Shown: positions 38,740-48,835 of the stretch, one piece after another
Layout of the letters: the number at the start of each line of letters is the position of its first letter
How positions within the stretch are numbered: the stretch's first letter is position 1
Assembly: GCA_040377305.1 (NCBI GenBank)
Contig: JBEIPA010000005.1
Coordinates: 170,685-234,684, forward strand
Reading direction: 5' to 3'
Source of the DNA: Flavobacteriales bacterium
GTDB lineage: Bacteria; Bacteroidota; Bacteroidia; Palsa-965
DNA length: 64,000 nt
Notes under the pieces: generated by a model
The model's database searches: none
Seen by the model: only the letters and a program-made list of their open reading frames with translations
Told to the model about the DNA's origin: nothing
Made by a program: the position numbers and the translations under genes

Positions 38740-40314
38740 TTACTCAGCCATAAAGGCAAACTCAACTTTCGGATGCGCTTCCTTCGTCATGCGTAAATTC
38801 CATTCGCTGTCGGGCATGAACACCGGACGATTGTCTTTGTCGTACGCGATGCTGCGGCTCTTCTGCACCATGAAATTATCGAGTGCTTGCTTGTCTTCCG
38901 AAGTAAACCAGCACGCCTTGTAGTAATCGAGATGCTGGAACGCGGCTGATGCGCCATATTCATGCAGCAAACGGAACTGAATTACTTCGAACTGAAGTTC
39001 ACCAACCGTTCCGATGATCTTAATGTTTCCCGGCTGACGAGTGAACAACTGCGCCACGCCTTCATCCGTAAGCTGATTCAGACCTTTCTCAAGCTGCTTC
39101 GTTTTCAAAGGATCTTTATTGATAATCTCTTTGAAAATTTCGGGAGAGAAACGCGGAATTCCTTCGAAGGTTAGCATCTCGCCCTCTGTCATTGTATCGC
39201 CGATCTTGAAGTTGCCGGTGTCGTGAAATCCAACAACATCTCCAGGCCACGCTTCTTCCACAATGCTCTTGTCGTTGGCCATGAAACCAACAGGACTCGA
39301 GAAGCGAAGTTTTTTATCGATGCGCGTATGATAGTAAAATTTGTTGCGTTCAAATTTTCCGGATACAATTCTGCAAAACGCAATCCGGTCGCGGTGATTC
39401 GGATCGAGGTTGGCGTGAATCTTGAAAATAAATCCGGTGAAATTTTTCTCATCTGGTTTTACTTCACGCTGCGTAGTGACACGCGCCATTGGAGGCGGCG
39501 CAATACGAATGAACGTATCCAGCAATTCCTTCACACCGAAATTATTGATCGCACTTCCGAAAAACACCGGTGCGAGATAACCTTCGCGGTATAATTCCTG
39601 ATCGAAAGGTTCATACACGCCTTCGATGAGCTCAACGTCTTCACGTAGTTTGTTCGCAGCATCTTCGCCGATGCGCTCATCCAGTTCGCTGCTCTTGATG
39701 TCTGAAATTGCGTAAACGTCGTCGGAGATTTTCTGTTTCCCAGGTGAGAAAAGCTGAAGTTTCTTATCGTACAAATTGAAAACTCCTTTGAACGTCTGAC
39801 CTACGCCAATGGGCCATGCAAGCGGACGTGTACTGATGCTAAGCTCTTTCGAAACTTCCTCGAGGAGATCATACGGATCTTGTCCTTCACGATCCATCTT
39901 GTTGATGAAGATGATTACTGGTGTGTGACGCATACGACAAACTTCCATGAGCTTGCGCGTTTGCTCTTCGACACCTTTTACGCAATCGATCACAAGAATT
40001 ACACTGTCGACCGCAGTCAATGTGCGATAGGTATCTTCCGCGAAGTCTTTGTGACCCGGTGTATCGAGAATGTTGATTTTGCATCCACCGTAATCGAATG
40101 CCATTACGGAAGTTGCTACAGAAATTCCACGCTGCTTCTCAATCTCCATAAAATCGGAAGTTGCTGTCTTGCGGATTTTGTTGCTCTTTACAGCGCCTGC
40201 AGTTTGAATTGCACCGCCAAAAAGGAGCAGCTTTTCTGTCAACGTAGTTTTGCCGGCATCGGGGTGAGAGATGATTCCGAATGTGCGGCGTTTACTAATT
40301 TCCTCTGTTTTCAT
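38740..40314 (-). CDS. prfC: Peptide chain release factor 3
   Basis: [40 protein letters not shown] and HRDRIAF motifs. Confidence 0.97.
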   Translation of the reverse strand: MKTEEISKRRTFGIISHPDAGKTTLTEKLLLFGGAIQTAGAVKSNKIRKTATSDFMEIEKQRGISVATSVMAFDYGGCKINILDTPGHKDFAEDTYRTLTAVDSVILVIDCVKGVEEQTRKLMEVCRMRHTPVIIFINKMDREGQDPYDLLEEVSKELSISTRPLAWPIGVGQTFKGVFNLYDKKLQLFSPGKQKISDDVYAISDIKSSELDERIGEDAANKLREDVELIEGVYEPFDQELYREGYLAPVFFGSAINNFGVKELLDTFIRIAPPPMARVTTQREVKPDEKNFTGFIFKIHANLDPNHRDRIAFCRIVSGKFERNKFYYHTRIDKKLRFSSPVGFMANDKSIVEEAWPGDVVGFHDTGNFKIGDTMTEGEMLTFEGIPRFSPEIFKEIINKDPLKTKQLEKGLNQLTDEGVAQLFTRQPGNIKIIGTVGELQFEVIQFRLLHEYGASAAFQHLDYYKACWFTSEDKQALDNFMVQKSRSIAYDKDNRPVFMPDSEWNLRMTKEAHPKVEFAFMAE

Positions 40315-40408
40315 ATATAAATAATGCGCCCCGAAAGGCAATGATTAATCCGTGAAAGTTTTTGAAGTTGGGATTTCGATCCCGAACATAAGAAGGACGC
40401 TACAGACG

Positions 40409-40477
40409 CTAGAGAGGCGTTGCAATGTTATGAACCCGTTGACCTGGATCTGGAGTAGTGTGGAGATGTTTGGACAT
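40409..40477 (-). other. Candidate 22-aa leader peptide (uORF) upstream of prfC
   Basis: MSKHLHTTPDPGQRVHNIATPL-TAG, starting 8 nt after a TATCTTCG box (40486-40493, minus strand). Confidence 0.4.
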
Positions 40478-40585
40478 TTCGGGCACGAAGATAGGAAATA
40501 GACGGAATCCGACAGAAGACAACAGGAGTGAAATTGAGTATAAATAGGCCGTTTTCAAAGGGCAGGAGAATTGCAAGGATGTGTT

Positions 40586-40972
40586 ATGGATCTACTCACT
40601 CAGGTTGCGCTATTGTTCATCCTTGCGATGCCAGTTGCATGTGTTAGCTGGACGGTGACGCATGAAGAAGTATTTCGCGAGCCCCGGATGTTCTTCGTCG
40701 AGAAGAGCAGAAGGGGTAAAACCTTTTTCATTCGCAAATTTTGTTACCTGTTCACCTGCGAATATTGCTTCAGCCATTGGGTTGTACTGGGTGCACTGTT
40801 CATCACGAACTATCAGCTTGTGTATGATGATTGGCGTGGTTACCTCGTCGGAGGATTTTCTCTGGTGTGGATTGCGAATCTTTACATGACTATTTACAGC
40901 AGGATACGCATCAATATCAAGAAAGATAAAACGGAGATTGCGTTGGAAGAAGAGTTGCTTGGGAAGAAATAA
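40586..40972 (+). CDS. Membrane protein with CxxC (DUF1360-like)
   Basis: T.EEVF...R and LFTCEYCFSHW motifs; three TM segments. Confidence 0.7.
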   Translation: MDLLTQVALLFILAMPVACVSWTVTHEEVFREPRMFFVEKSRRGKTFFIRKFCYLFTCEYCFSHWVVLGALFITNYQLVYDDWRGYLVGGFSLVWIANLYMTIYSRIRINIKKDKTEIALEEELLGKK

Positions 40973-40983
40973 CGCGCAATGTA

Positions 40984-41703
40984 TTAATCAGATAATTTCG
41001 GGTTTAGAGCAAAAGCAACAACTTTCGCCTTCTTACTATCATATCTAAACAAATACTGTTCGTCTGTTTGATTTCTTCGTGCGAGCAAGAGTACTTCAAA
41101 CACAAATCCACCACCGTCCAAATTACCATTTCTGAATCCCAGAAGATCTACTCCTTGGATAGAACCATCACTTGCCGACCAAGCTATTCCGACACTATCC
41201 AAGGTGTTCAATAGCGATGCTGAGATTGTTGTATCAAATACAGTTGCGTTTCCTACAAATCCCGCCGAATCATTGCTCGGATCAATCAGTCCTGCAAAAT
41301 ATTTCCGCAGGGAGTCTGCGATTCTTAAATCTTCGCGCGTATATGAGAACGAATTGGAAGAATTAGAATTAACGAATGAATTTCCCTCACGTTCAGTAAG
41401 TTTCACGGTAATTACTGGAATATCAGCCAAGGCAGTGTCTCCACCATGCTCGAAATAAAGTACTGCCGCCCTCGAATATATTACCCACGCCGGATACAAC
41501 TTCGTAATTGAATCAATATTAATTATTTCAATCTCAATAGTTGTACTGGTTTCCCCTCCGATTACCTTCTCTGACTTATAGGTAATATGAGCCTCCTCAG
41601 CTCGCATTCCTTCAGCCAAATAATCAACAGATCCCGAGCCTCCCGACTCTGCGCAAGATGATACAATCAATGCACCTACAATAAAATAATTCAACAGTTT
41701 CAT
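40984..41703 (-). CDS. Hypothetical lipoprotein
   Basis: Lipobox VSSC; 239-aa ORF. Confidence 0.65.
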   Translation of the reverse strand: MKLLNYFIVGALIVSSCAESGGSGSVDYLAEGMRAEEAHITYKSEKVIGGETSTTIEIEIINIDSITKLYPAWVIYSRAAVLYFEHGGDTALADIPVITVKLTEREGNSFVNSNSSNSFSYTREDLRIADSLRKYFAGLIDPSNDSAGFVGNATVFDTTISASLLNTLDSVGIAWSASDGSIQGVDLLGFRNGNLDGGGFVFEVLLLARRNQTDEQYLFRYDSKKAKVVAFALNPKLSD

Positions 41704-41750
41704 TTCGTGAAAATAAGAAACATCCCGAATGGTTTACATACATTTAAGCA

Positions 41751-42155
41751 ATGAATGACCAACAGCCAGTGCATCCTCCATCTGAAAACTGGCAGGAAAC
41801 ACATTACATACGTATCCGGATTACTGACGGTATCCTGCATTGCATATTCACGAATAGTCCGAACATGACACTTGAAATTGCGAAGCATTGTGTCCAACAA
41901 CGACTCGCAGCTTCCGCGGGTAAAAGCTATCCGTGTATGGTTGATATACGCGATATGAAAACCGCGACAACTGAAGCCCGTGAATATTTTGCCAATGAAG
42001 GTTCCAAAGGAGTAACTGGCGGTGCTTTGATCATCGGTTCTCAGGTTACCAAAATGCTTGCGAATCTCTTCTTGCTTGTCAACCGTCCGAAAATTCCAAC
42101 ACGTATGTTCACAGATGAAAATGCGGCGAGAGAATGGCTGAAGAAGTTTCTCTAG
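41751..42155 (+). CDS. STAS/SpoIIAA-like single-domain protein
   Basis: DGIL, P..VD.R.......EAREYF and P..PTRMF.....A.EWL motifs. Confidence 0.65.
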   Translation: MNDQQPVHPPSENWQETHYIRIRITDGILHCIFTNSPNMTLEIAKHCVQQRLAASAGKSYPCMVDIRDMKTATTEAREYFANEGSKGVTGGALIIGSQVTKMLANLFLLVNRPKIPTRMFTDENAAREWLKKFL

Positions 42156-42173
42156 TTGCTGCACGATTTACGA

Positions 42174-42656
42174 ATGAAAGCAACATCGAACAAACAACTC
42201 ATCTCCGATTTCTACACCGCATTTTCCAAAAGCGACGCAGAAACAATGTCCCGTTCCTACACCGATGATGTGATCTTTCACGATCCTGCATTCGGAGAAA
42301 TACATGGAGAAGACGCCCGCAACATGTGGCGCATGCTCATTGAACGCAGCAAAGGACAATTAAAGATTTCGTTCAGTGATATTCATGCCGACGAAATATC
42401 GGGAAGCGCACATTGGATTGCGGAATATAAATTCGCGCAAACAAATCGGAATGTTGTGAATCGGATCCATGCGTCATTCGAATTCCGTGATGGCAAGATT
42501 TCACGCCACACCGATGTTTTCAGCATGTGGAAATGGTCGCGACAAGCATTGGGATTGAAAGGTTGGTTGCTGGGATGGAGTCCGTTGGTGAAGAATGCGG
42601 TGAGGAAGCAGACGAAATCCTTGTTACGGAAATTCACTAGTCAAAGAGCGCAATGA
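42174..42656 (+). CDS. NTF2/SnoaL-like protein
   Basis: FY.AF...D...M...Y...V.F.DPAFG, MW.ML and F.DGKI..H.D.F motifs. Confidence 0.88.
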   Translation: MKATSNKQLISDFYTAFSKSDAETMSRSYTDDVIFHDPAFGEIHGEDARNMWRMLIERSKGQLKISFSDIHADEISGSAHWIAEYKFAQTNRNVVNRIHASFEFRDGKISRHTDVFSMWKWSRQALGLKGWLLGWSPLVKNAVRKQTKSLLRKFTSQRAQ

Positions 42657-43063
42657 AGTTCAGACGAAATCTATTCTTTCCGATTCGGCTTATACTCTAC
42701 CCTATTTTGTTACAGATCATTTTGGTCGTGAACAACACTTTTACCTCAGAAATATTTTGGGCGCTGTACTCACTATGCAGCCTATTGTTACTCATTGAAG
42801 CTGTTTGGGAATTTGTGGTTCCTTATGCAATCTTCGATGGAACCGTTTTCCAGATAAATTCCTACATATTCTCTAAAAAGGAAATTGATTTATCAAAATT
42901 CACAGCTGATCAAATCAAAATAGGACGCTGGGACATCGAAATTGGTCCGCACTTCATCAATCTTCGGAAAGTACGTACAGGATACCGCGAAAGACTGGAA
43001 GAGGCAGTCCGGTACTATTACGAAGGACCACCCGATTCTGAACATCACACGGAGTTAGTATGA
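42653..43063 (+). CDS. Hypothetical membrane protein
   Basis: ATGA overlap with upstream gene; two TM segments. Confidence 0.55.
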   Translation: MKFRRNLFFPIRLILYPILLQIILVVNNTFTSEIFWALYSLCSLLLLIEAVWEFVVPYAIFDGTVFQINSYIFSKKEIDLSKFTADQIKIGRWDIEIGPHFINLRKVRTGYRERLEEAVRYYYEGPPDSEHHTELV

Positions 43064-43110
43064 TTTCATAACCGCAATTTCCCTAAATTGCCTTGGCAAT
43101 AACCCTAACT

Positions 43111-44703
43111 ATGAAATCACTTTTCCTCCTTCTGGCAACCGCATGGTGCCTAACTGCTTCTGCCACATCCATGACCGTTTCCGGTTTCATCACTTCCAAT
43201 CAAACCTGGAGTGTGGATACTGTGAAAGTCACCGGCGACACGTACGTTAACTCGGGATTCAAAGTCATCATTGCGCCCGGTACACGCATTGAGTTTCAAG
43301 GTTTCTGGAAACTCGAGGTCTACGGTTCTATGGAAGCAATCGGAAACGTAACCGATACAATTGTGTTCTCGTATTTCGACACGACCGGATTCAAAAATGA
43401 TTTTCAGCTGGGTGCGTGGCGCGGATTAATTTTCGATTACAACACCACAGCCAACGATTCCACGATCATGGACTACTGCATTGTAGAATACTGCAAGCGA
43501 GGTCCGCAGACAAATACGATTGCAACAATCCGAATCGGCAACAACAGTCGTGTTCGCATTTCCCATTGCGAAATCCGAAACAATAATTTCTGGGGTGTAA
43601 CTGGGGGAATTCTTTGCCTCGCGGCTTCCCCGCTCCTGCTCGACAATCATCTTCATCACAACATTGGTGCTTACGGTGGTGGAATTCACTGCGCTGCAAA
43701 TTCAAACGCCCTCATACGTGGAAACGTAATTCATCACAACTATGTGGAGTATGCAGCTGGCGGAATTTACGTGCAGCAATCCTCACCCAGAATCATGAAC
43801 AACTGGATTTGTAATAATACCACGCAACAATCGAATTGCGGTCCAGCTGATGGTAGTGGTGGAATCCGATGCACACAGGAGTCGTACCCGTACATCGTGA
43901 ACAATGTGATTGCAAACAACACAACCGGAATGAACGGTGGTGGTGTGCAGTGTATGTATAATTCCAACGCCTGGCTGGAGAACAACACCATTGTGAACAA
44001 CAATTGCTATTTCTATGGTGGCGGAATCTATCTCTTTCAGTCCAATCCCATCATTCGCAACTGCATTGTGTGGGGCAACACACGCTTCAATTTCGCAATT
44101 CCTGATCAGGTTGCTTTGTACACGGATGATTCTGATCCGGCAGTATACAACTGTGATATACAGGGAGGTTCAACCAGCTTTTTCCTCGGCGCACAAGTTA
44201 CTTTCACAGGAATTTATTCCGCGTGCATTGATACGAATCCACTTTTCGTTGCACCATCTGCAGGCTCCGGTCCTACTTACGATGGCTTGAATGCCGACTG
44301 GACACTGCAATCCATTTCCGCGTGTGTGAACAGCGCAACAATTGGAGGATGCAATGTTCTATTGCCGACGATTGATCTCTGGGGCAATCCACGTATCTCC
44401 GGCTGGAACATCGACATCGGTGCTTATGAAGATCCGCAAGCGAGTTCGGTTGTAGAATTTACGGAGCAGCATACGGTGAAATTATTTCCCGTTCCAACCA
44501 GTGGTGAATTGAACATCTTGCTCCCTGGAAATACAGGTGCTGCGCAAGTCCTTATTTTCTCCGCTGATGGGAAAGTGGTTTTGCAAACACAATTTCAAGG
44601 CGATAGACATCTGCTAGTCACCGAAAGCCTTGCAACGGGTTCTTACATCGTGGAAGTTCGCAGTGAATTAGGTGTGACGCGTTCGCAATTTCTGAAACAA
44701 TAG
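43111..44703 (+). CDS. Right-handed beta-helix secreted protein with T9SS C-terminal domain
   Basis: Repeated N.....GGGI units, DL.GNPR.....DIGAYE and LFPVPTS...GSYIV. Confidence 0.85.
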   Translation: MKSLFLLLATAWCLTASATSMTVSGFITSNQTWSVDTVKVTGDTYVNSGFKVIIAPGTRIEFQGFWKLEVYGSMEAIGNVTDTIVFSYFDTTGFKNDFQLGAWRGLIFDYNTTANDSTIMDYCIVEYCKRGPQTNTIATIRIGNNSRVRISHCEIRNNNFWGVTGGILCLAASPLLLDNHLHHNIGAYGGGIHCAANSNALIRGNVIHHNYVEYAAGGIYVQQSSPRIMNNWICNNTTQQSNCGPADGSGGIRCTQESYPYIVNNVIANNTTGMNGGGVQCMYNSNAWLENNTIVNNNCYFYGGGIYLFQSNPIIRNCIVWGNTRFNFAIPDQVALYTDDSDPAVYNCDIQGGSTSFFLGAQVTFTGIYSACIDTNPLFVAPSAGSGPTYDGLNADWTLQSISACVNSATIGGCNVLLPTIDLWGNPRISGWNIDIGAYEDPQASSVVEFTEQHTVKLFPVPTSGELNILLPGNTGAAQVLIFSADGKVVLQTQFQGDRHLLVTESLATGSYIVEVRSELGVTRSQFLKQ

Positions 44704-44730
44704 TTTAGTCCGAAGTGTATCTTTGCGGCT

Positions 44731-45177
44731 ATGTACCTCGAGGCAATTCCTGAATCTGGTCTTAGCTCCAATCCAATTCTTTCCACACCGGAATGTAAAG
44801 AGATATTGGATGTTTATAAATCCTACTACCCGAAAATCGGATTTGAAATTCCGTGGATTGGCTATTTCATTATTGACGATGGAATAGCCGTCGGCACGTG
44901 CAGCTTTACCGGCAAACCTGTGAATAATCAAGTGGAGATTGCTTACTATACTTTTCCGGCTTACGAACGTAAAGGATATGCAACCTGGGCATGCAAACGA
45001 TTACTGTTGTTGGCCAAGCAACATAAACCCGATGTAATTGTAACTGCGAAAACTGCGCCAGAAGAAAATCCCTCTACTGCTATTCTCCGTAAGAATGGGT
45101 TTAAGCAAGATGGAATTGTGCAGGATCATGAAATTGGAGATGCCTGGCATTGGATACTTGATATTGCACTCGGATAA
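44731..45177 (+). CDS. GNAT (RimJ/RimL-like) N-acetyltransferase
   Basis: VEIAY......RKGYAT and N.S..IL.KNGF motifs; TATCTTTG box at 44718-44725. Confidence 0.88.
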   Translation: MYLEAIPESGLSSNPILSTPECKEILDVYKSYYPKIGFEIPWIGYFIIDDGIAVGTCSFTGKPVNNQVEIAYYTFPAYERKGYATWACKRLLLLAKQHKPDVIVTAKTAPEENPSTAILRKNGFKQDGIVQDHEIGDAWHWILDIALG

Positions 45178-46226
45178 TGAAAACAATTGCCGATTCAGTG
45201 TATCACGACCTCGCAGCTTCCTACTTGAAGGAAGGAAAATACTGCGATGGTTTTCCAGATACTGCACTCTCTATCATTCGAAAAGAAAAACTCTTCAAAC
45301 TCTTTCTTCCCGAATCGCTCGGTGGACTTGGTTTCTCTTTGCAGGAAACACTCAACGTCATTCAGCGCTGTGCGTACATCAACGGAACACTCGGTTGGCT
45401 CGTACAAATTGGCAATGGTGGAAATTACTTCGCTGCGTTTATCGAAGAGAAAGTCACACACGAGTTATTTTCTCCAGCACATGCAGTTCTCGCAGGTAGC
45501 GGCGCGATCACAGGTATTGCGACTCCGGTCGAAGGTGGATACACAGTTACCGGCAAATGGAAATACGCGAGCGGTTCTGCTTACGCCTCGTTCTTCACCA
45601 TCAGTGCGAAAGTTGCAGGTAGCGAGCAAAATATTTCCTGCGTCTTAATGCCCGAACAGGTAAATGTCATCGACGACTGGAAATCTATCGGTATGCGTTT
45701 CTCGGCGACCAATACGTTCACGGCAGAGAATCAATTCGTACCGGACAAGTTTGTCTTTGGTTTGGCGGAACAAAAATGTTTCAAAGACATTCCGATTTTC
45801 AGTCTCCCGTTTTTTCCGTTTGCACAATCATTCTTTTTGAGCGTGCAGTATGGATTGCTGAGTCGAATTTTGCACGAGGCTTCAGTTGCTGTAAAGAAAA
45901 ACCAGGAGCGCTGGAATGATCAACATCCTGAACGTGCGAAGACGATTGCCAATTCAATTTTGTTCGGAATGCAGATGCAGCTCAATTTTGCGAATGAGTT
46001 GAAAGATGCAATTGCGCAAATTGAAATTTCAGCAGGTGAAGTGCGAGATCAACTTATTTCCGACTTAGACGCGAAAGCAAAAACTCAGAACGCTGCGATA
46101 CTACACCAAGCACAAGGCATTTTTGGTTTGCTGGGAATGGAAGTTCTTTACGAAGATCATCCCATCAACATTGCATATCGGGATATGATGACGTGCGGAC
46201 AGCATTCGTTGCTTAATTCTTACTGA
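45177..46226 (+). CDS. Acyl-CoA dehydrogenase-fold flavin-dependent oxygenase-like protein
   Basis: P...GGL, GGY.V.GKW.YASG and DDW..IGM motifs; TAATG overlap with GNAT. Confidence 0.8.
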   Translation: MKTIADSVYHDLAASYLKEGKYCDGFPDTALSIIRKEKLFKLFLPESLGGLGFSLQETLNVIQRCAYINGTLGWLVQIGNGGNYFAAFIEEKVTHELFSPAHAVLAGSGAITGIATPVEGGYTVTGKWKYASGSAYASFFTISAKVAGSEQNISCVLMPEQVNVIDDWKSIGMRFSATNTFTAENQFVPDKFVFGLAEQKCFKDIPIFSLPFFPFAQSFFLSVQYGLLSRILHEASVAVKKNQERWNDQHPERAKTIANSILFGMQMQLNFANELKDAIAQIEISAGEVRDQLISDLDAKAKTQNAAILHQAQGIFGLLGMEVLYEDHPINIAYRDMMTCGQHSLLNSY

Positions 46227-46256
46227 GGATTGTGGTGAACGATACTGAGGCCGTTT

Positions 46257-46330
46257 ATCTGCCGCAGATTCGCAGATTTCGCAGATCATTTTCCTCTGCG
46301 TTGCCTTTGCGCCTCTGCGCCTTTGCGGTT
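46257..46330. repeat. Short-period (8-9 nt) CGCAGA / TCTGCG repeat cluster
   Basis: CGCAGATT x3 followed by C(T/C)(C/T)TGCG x4. Confidence 0.6.
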
Positions 46331-46429
46331 GAATATCCGAAGCCAATTGAAGGAAGATTTTCCCTCATATATTTACGGTTGTTTATTATGGAAAGCGGCT
46401 TATACTAGCATCCTAGAGGAAACAACTTT

Positions 46430-47440
46430 ATGAAGTACCTCTTTTTCGCCCCATTTGCCCTCTTTTTATGCTCATTCTGGATCGAAGACGATCTCAAGTC
46501 ACCCGAGAGTGTTCCGAACGTCTCTGTCAATTACATCAAAGAAGACAAAAATCTACAAGCAGGAACGGGAATGGTTGTGTTCACGTTTCAGGGCTACAAT
46601 GGCATGGTGAAAAACGACAGTGTGCGCTTATCCTACAATGGCAAGGAAACCAAAGTTGCGACAACTGCTGATGGCAAAGCGTACCTCGGATTAAAAGCCG
46701 GCAAGTATAAGTTTCAGTTTTACTATAACGCCGCACATTACGAAGTGTACACAGATTCCATTCTTGTTAAAGATCAATGGCAAACGGGCGTCGAAGTGAA
46801 TTTCGAGAGTGCGCTGTATCCTGTGGAAGCTGAAAAACCGGTGATCTATTTTTACCCTGAGAAAACCATGGATGTTTCTGTGAAGCTGCAAGTGAACGGA
46901 GCACTTGGATTCACCTATCCCGCTCCAAATGTTGACAGGGAATTTCAACCCAATGCAGTCGGATGGAATTTCACAGCAGATACAAACGGAACAATTCACT
47001 TACGCGGAAAGCAATTTGATTATTTGTTCTGGGATGCAGAGACGAATATCAACATCGCAAAAGTTGATCAGAATTCGGGTTTCGTTGTGAAGCGTGAAAA
47101 CCTTTCTACATTCTTCGAAGAGAAATTAACCACGATGGGATTGAACCCACGTGAGCGTGAGGACTTCATTACCTATTGGGCTCCGCAGATGCAGACGAAC
47201 GAAACGAGTTTTATTCATTTCATGTTCACGGAAGAATACAATCAGATTGCGTCAATCAGCATTCATCCAAAGCCAGATCATTTATTTCGTGTGTTCATGT
47301 TGTGGGATGATGCTGCGAAACTTGACACGGGCAAAGTACACGATCAGAAAATAGAAACGTTTACGCGGGAAGGATTTACTGTGATTGAATGGGGCGGCGC
47401 GAAAGTGAATTTTATTTCAACAAAACAAACTGCGAACTAA
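46430..47440 (+). CDS. Exported conserved hypothetical protein (KPVIY.YP family), paralog 1
   Basis: Signal peptide; KPVIYFYP, YLFWD, GLN.RE..DFITYW.P.M and REGFTVIEWGG motifs. Confidence 0.8.
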   Translation: MKYLFFAPFALFLCSFWIEDDLKSPESVPNVSVNYIKEDKNLQAGTGMVVFTFQGYNGMVKNDSVRLSYNGKETKVATTADGKAYLGLKAGKYKFQFYYNAAHYEVYTDSILVKDQWQTGVEVNFESALYPVEAEKPVIYFYPEKTMDVSVKLQVNGALGFTYPAPNVDREFQPNAVGWNFTADTNGTIHLRGKQFDYLFWDAETNINIAKVDQNSGFVVKRENLSTFFEEKLTTMGLNPREREDFITYWAPQMQTNETSFIHFMFTEEYNQIASISIHPKPDHLFRVFMLWDDAAKLDTGKVHDQKIETFTREGFTVIEWGGAKVNFISTKQTAN

Positions 47441-48513
47441 TGAAGATGCACTCAAACTCCCGGTGGTCCGTGTCGGGTCTGTTCCCGATAGCTAACGGGA
47501 CGCGACACCACCTCGTCCTGTTAGTTCTAATCCTTGTTCCTCTACTCTTCGCCTTCACAAGTGACGAAGGATCCGAAACGAGAAAGTCTCTTCCTCCAGG
47601 TTGCTTTGTTCGCGCCAGTAATCCGGCTAAAGGCTTAAGCAAAACAAAAAGCCAACTTTGTATCACCTTTAAGACTGCACAGGCTGGAATTGTTACAGAC
47701 TCAATTGCGTTCAGTTACAACGGTGTTAACGCGACCCTGCACCCCGACAAAAATGGAATTGCATGGACAACAGTACCCGCGACTAAAACCCGTTTCCAAT
47801 TTTATCTCAACGACAACTACTACGAAGTTTATTCTGATTCCATTGTGTTGAAAGGCGGTTACGTTACAGAAATGGACGTGTACTTTGGTGATGCAACAGG
47901 AGAAGTGATTTGCGACAAGCCGGTGATTTATGTTTATCCGGCGCAATCACAACCCATGCACATTCAACTCGGTGTTAAGGGAACGCTGGGTTTCACTTAT
48001 CCGCAGTATTATATTCCTGGACCGCTTGACAGCGCTGTACAAGGTTGGAGCTTTACGGCTGATCCCAACGGAACTATTCACCAGAATGGAAAAGAATACG
48101 ATTATCTTTTCTGGGATGCGAAAGTTCCAACGAAGCAATTCAACAATACAATTGGTTCCGGATTCTTTGTTCATCGCGACAGCCTTGTTCCATTCTTCGA
48201 GCGCACGCTCACACAAATGGGGTTGAATGCACGCGAGCAACAGGATTTTATCACATACTGGTGTCCGTTGATGCAGAAAAATGAAACGAGTTTCGTGCAC
48301 TTCATGTTCACCGAAGAATACGATTCAATTGCAACGATCAACATCACACCGAAGCCAGATCATCTGTTTCGTGTGTTCATGGTGTGGCGAGACGCGGATG
48401 CGTACGACTACACGGAAGTGCTTCCTCAGGAAATTCCTAAAGTGAATCGCGAAGGATTTACGGTTATCGAATGGGGAGGCGGGGAGATTCCTGCGGAATT
48501 CAGTGCGCAGTAG
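47440..48513 (+). CDS. Exported conserved hypothetical protein (KPVIY.YP family), paralog 2
   Basis: Same motifs as paralog 1; TAATG coupling. Confidence 0.8.
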   Translation: MKMHSNSRWSVSGLFPIANGTRHHLVLLVLILVPLLFAFTSDEGSETRKSLPPGCFVRASNPAKGLSKTKSQLCITFKTAQAGIVTDSIAFSYNGVNATLHPDKNGIAWTTVPATKTRFQFYLNDNYYEVYSDSIVLKGGYVTEMDVYFGDATGEVICDKPVIYVYPAQSQPMHIQLGVKGTLGFTYPQYYIPGPLDSAVQGWSFTADPNGTIHQNGKEYDYLFWDAKVPTKQFNNTIGSGFFVHRDSLVPFFERTLTQMGLNAREQQDFITYWCPLMQKNETSFVHFMFTEEYDSIATINITPKPDHLFRVFMVWRDADAYDYTEVLPQEIPKVNREGFTVIEWGGGEIPAEFSAQ

Positions 48514-48554
48514 ACAGTGCGCAGTACGTGTTGGGTATAGACATTAGACATGCA

Positions 48555-48695
48555 CCGCGGGCTGAAGCCACGCGGTTATCACTCTGATGTATGCGGGATA
48601 AATGGGAGTGGGAAGAAAAATTGCGCCGCAATTTTCCTTCCCCCTCCACCCAATAATATTGAATCTGAGTGATAACCGCTGGCTTCAGCCAGTGG
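48555..48695. repeat. REP-doublet fold-back (GGCTGAAGCC cores)
   Basis: 48555-48584 vs 48667-48695 inverted; inner GGGAAG..AAAATTGC / GCAATTTT..CTTCCC stem. Confidence 0.75.
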
Positions 48696-48835
48696 AACTA
48701 ACACCGCGAATCTCAGCTTAGATCAGGCTTCAGCCAGTGGAACTAACACCGCGAATCTCAGCTTAGATCAGGCTTCAGCCAGTGGAACTAACACCGCGAA
48801 TCTCAGCTTAGATCAGTCCTCTGCCAGTGCAACTA
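48681..48835. repeat. 45-bp perfect tandem repeat x3 plus degenerate partial copy
   Basis: GGCTTCAGCCAGTGGAACTAACACCGCGAATCTCAGCTTAGATCA at 48681, 48726 and 48771. Confidence 0.92.

Noticed and set aside
46430-48513. DGR-like template/variable repeat pair
   Set aside because: Both copies are coding paralogs, differences do not look adenine-specific, and no reverse transcriptase is present
48681-48815. Possible CRISPR array
   Set aside because: The 45-bp units are fully identical with no unique spacers, and no cas genes are present
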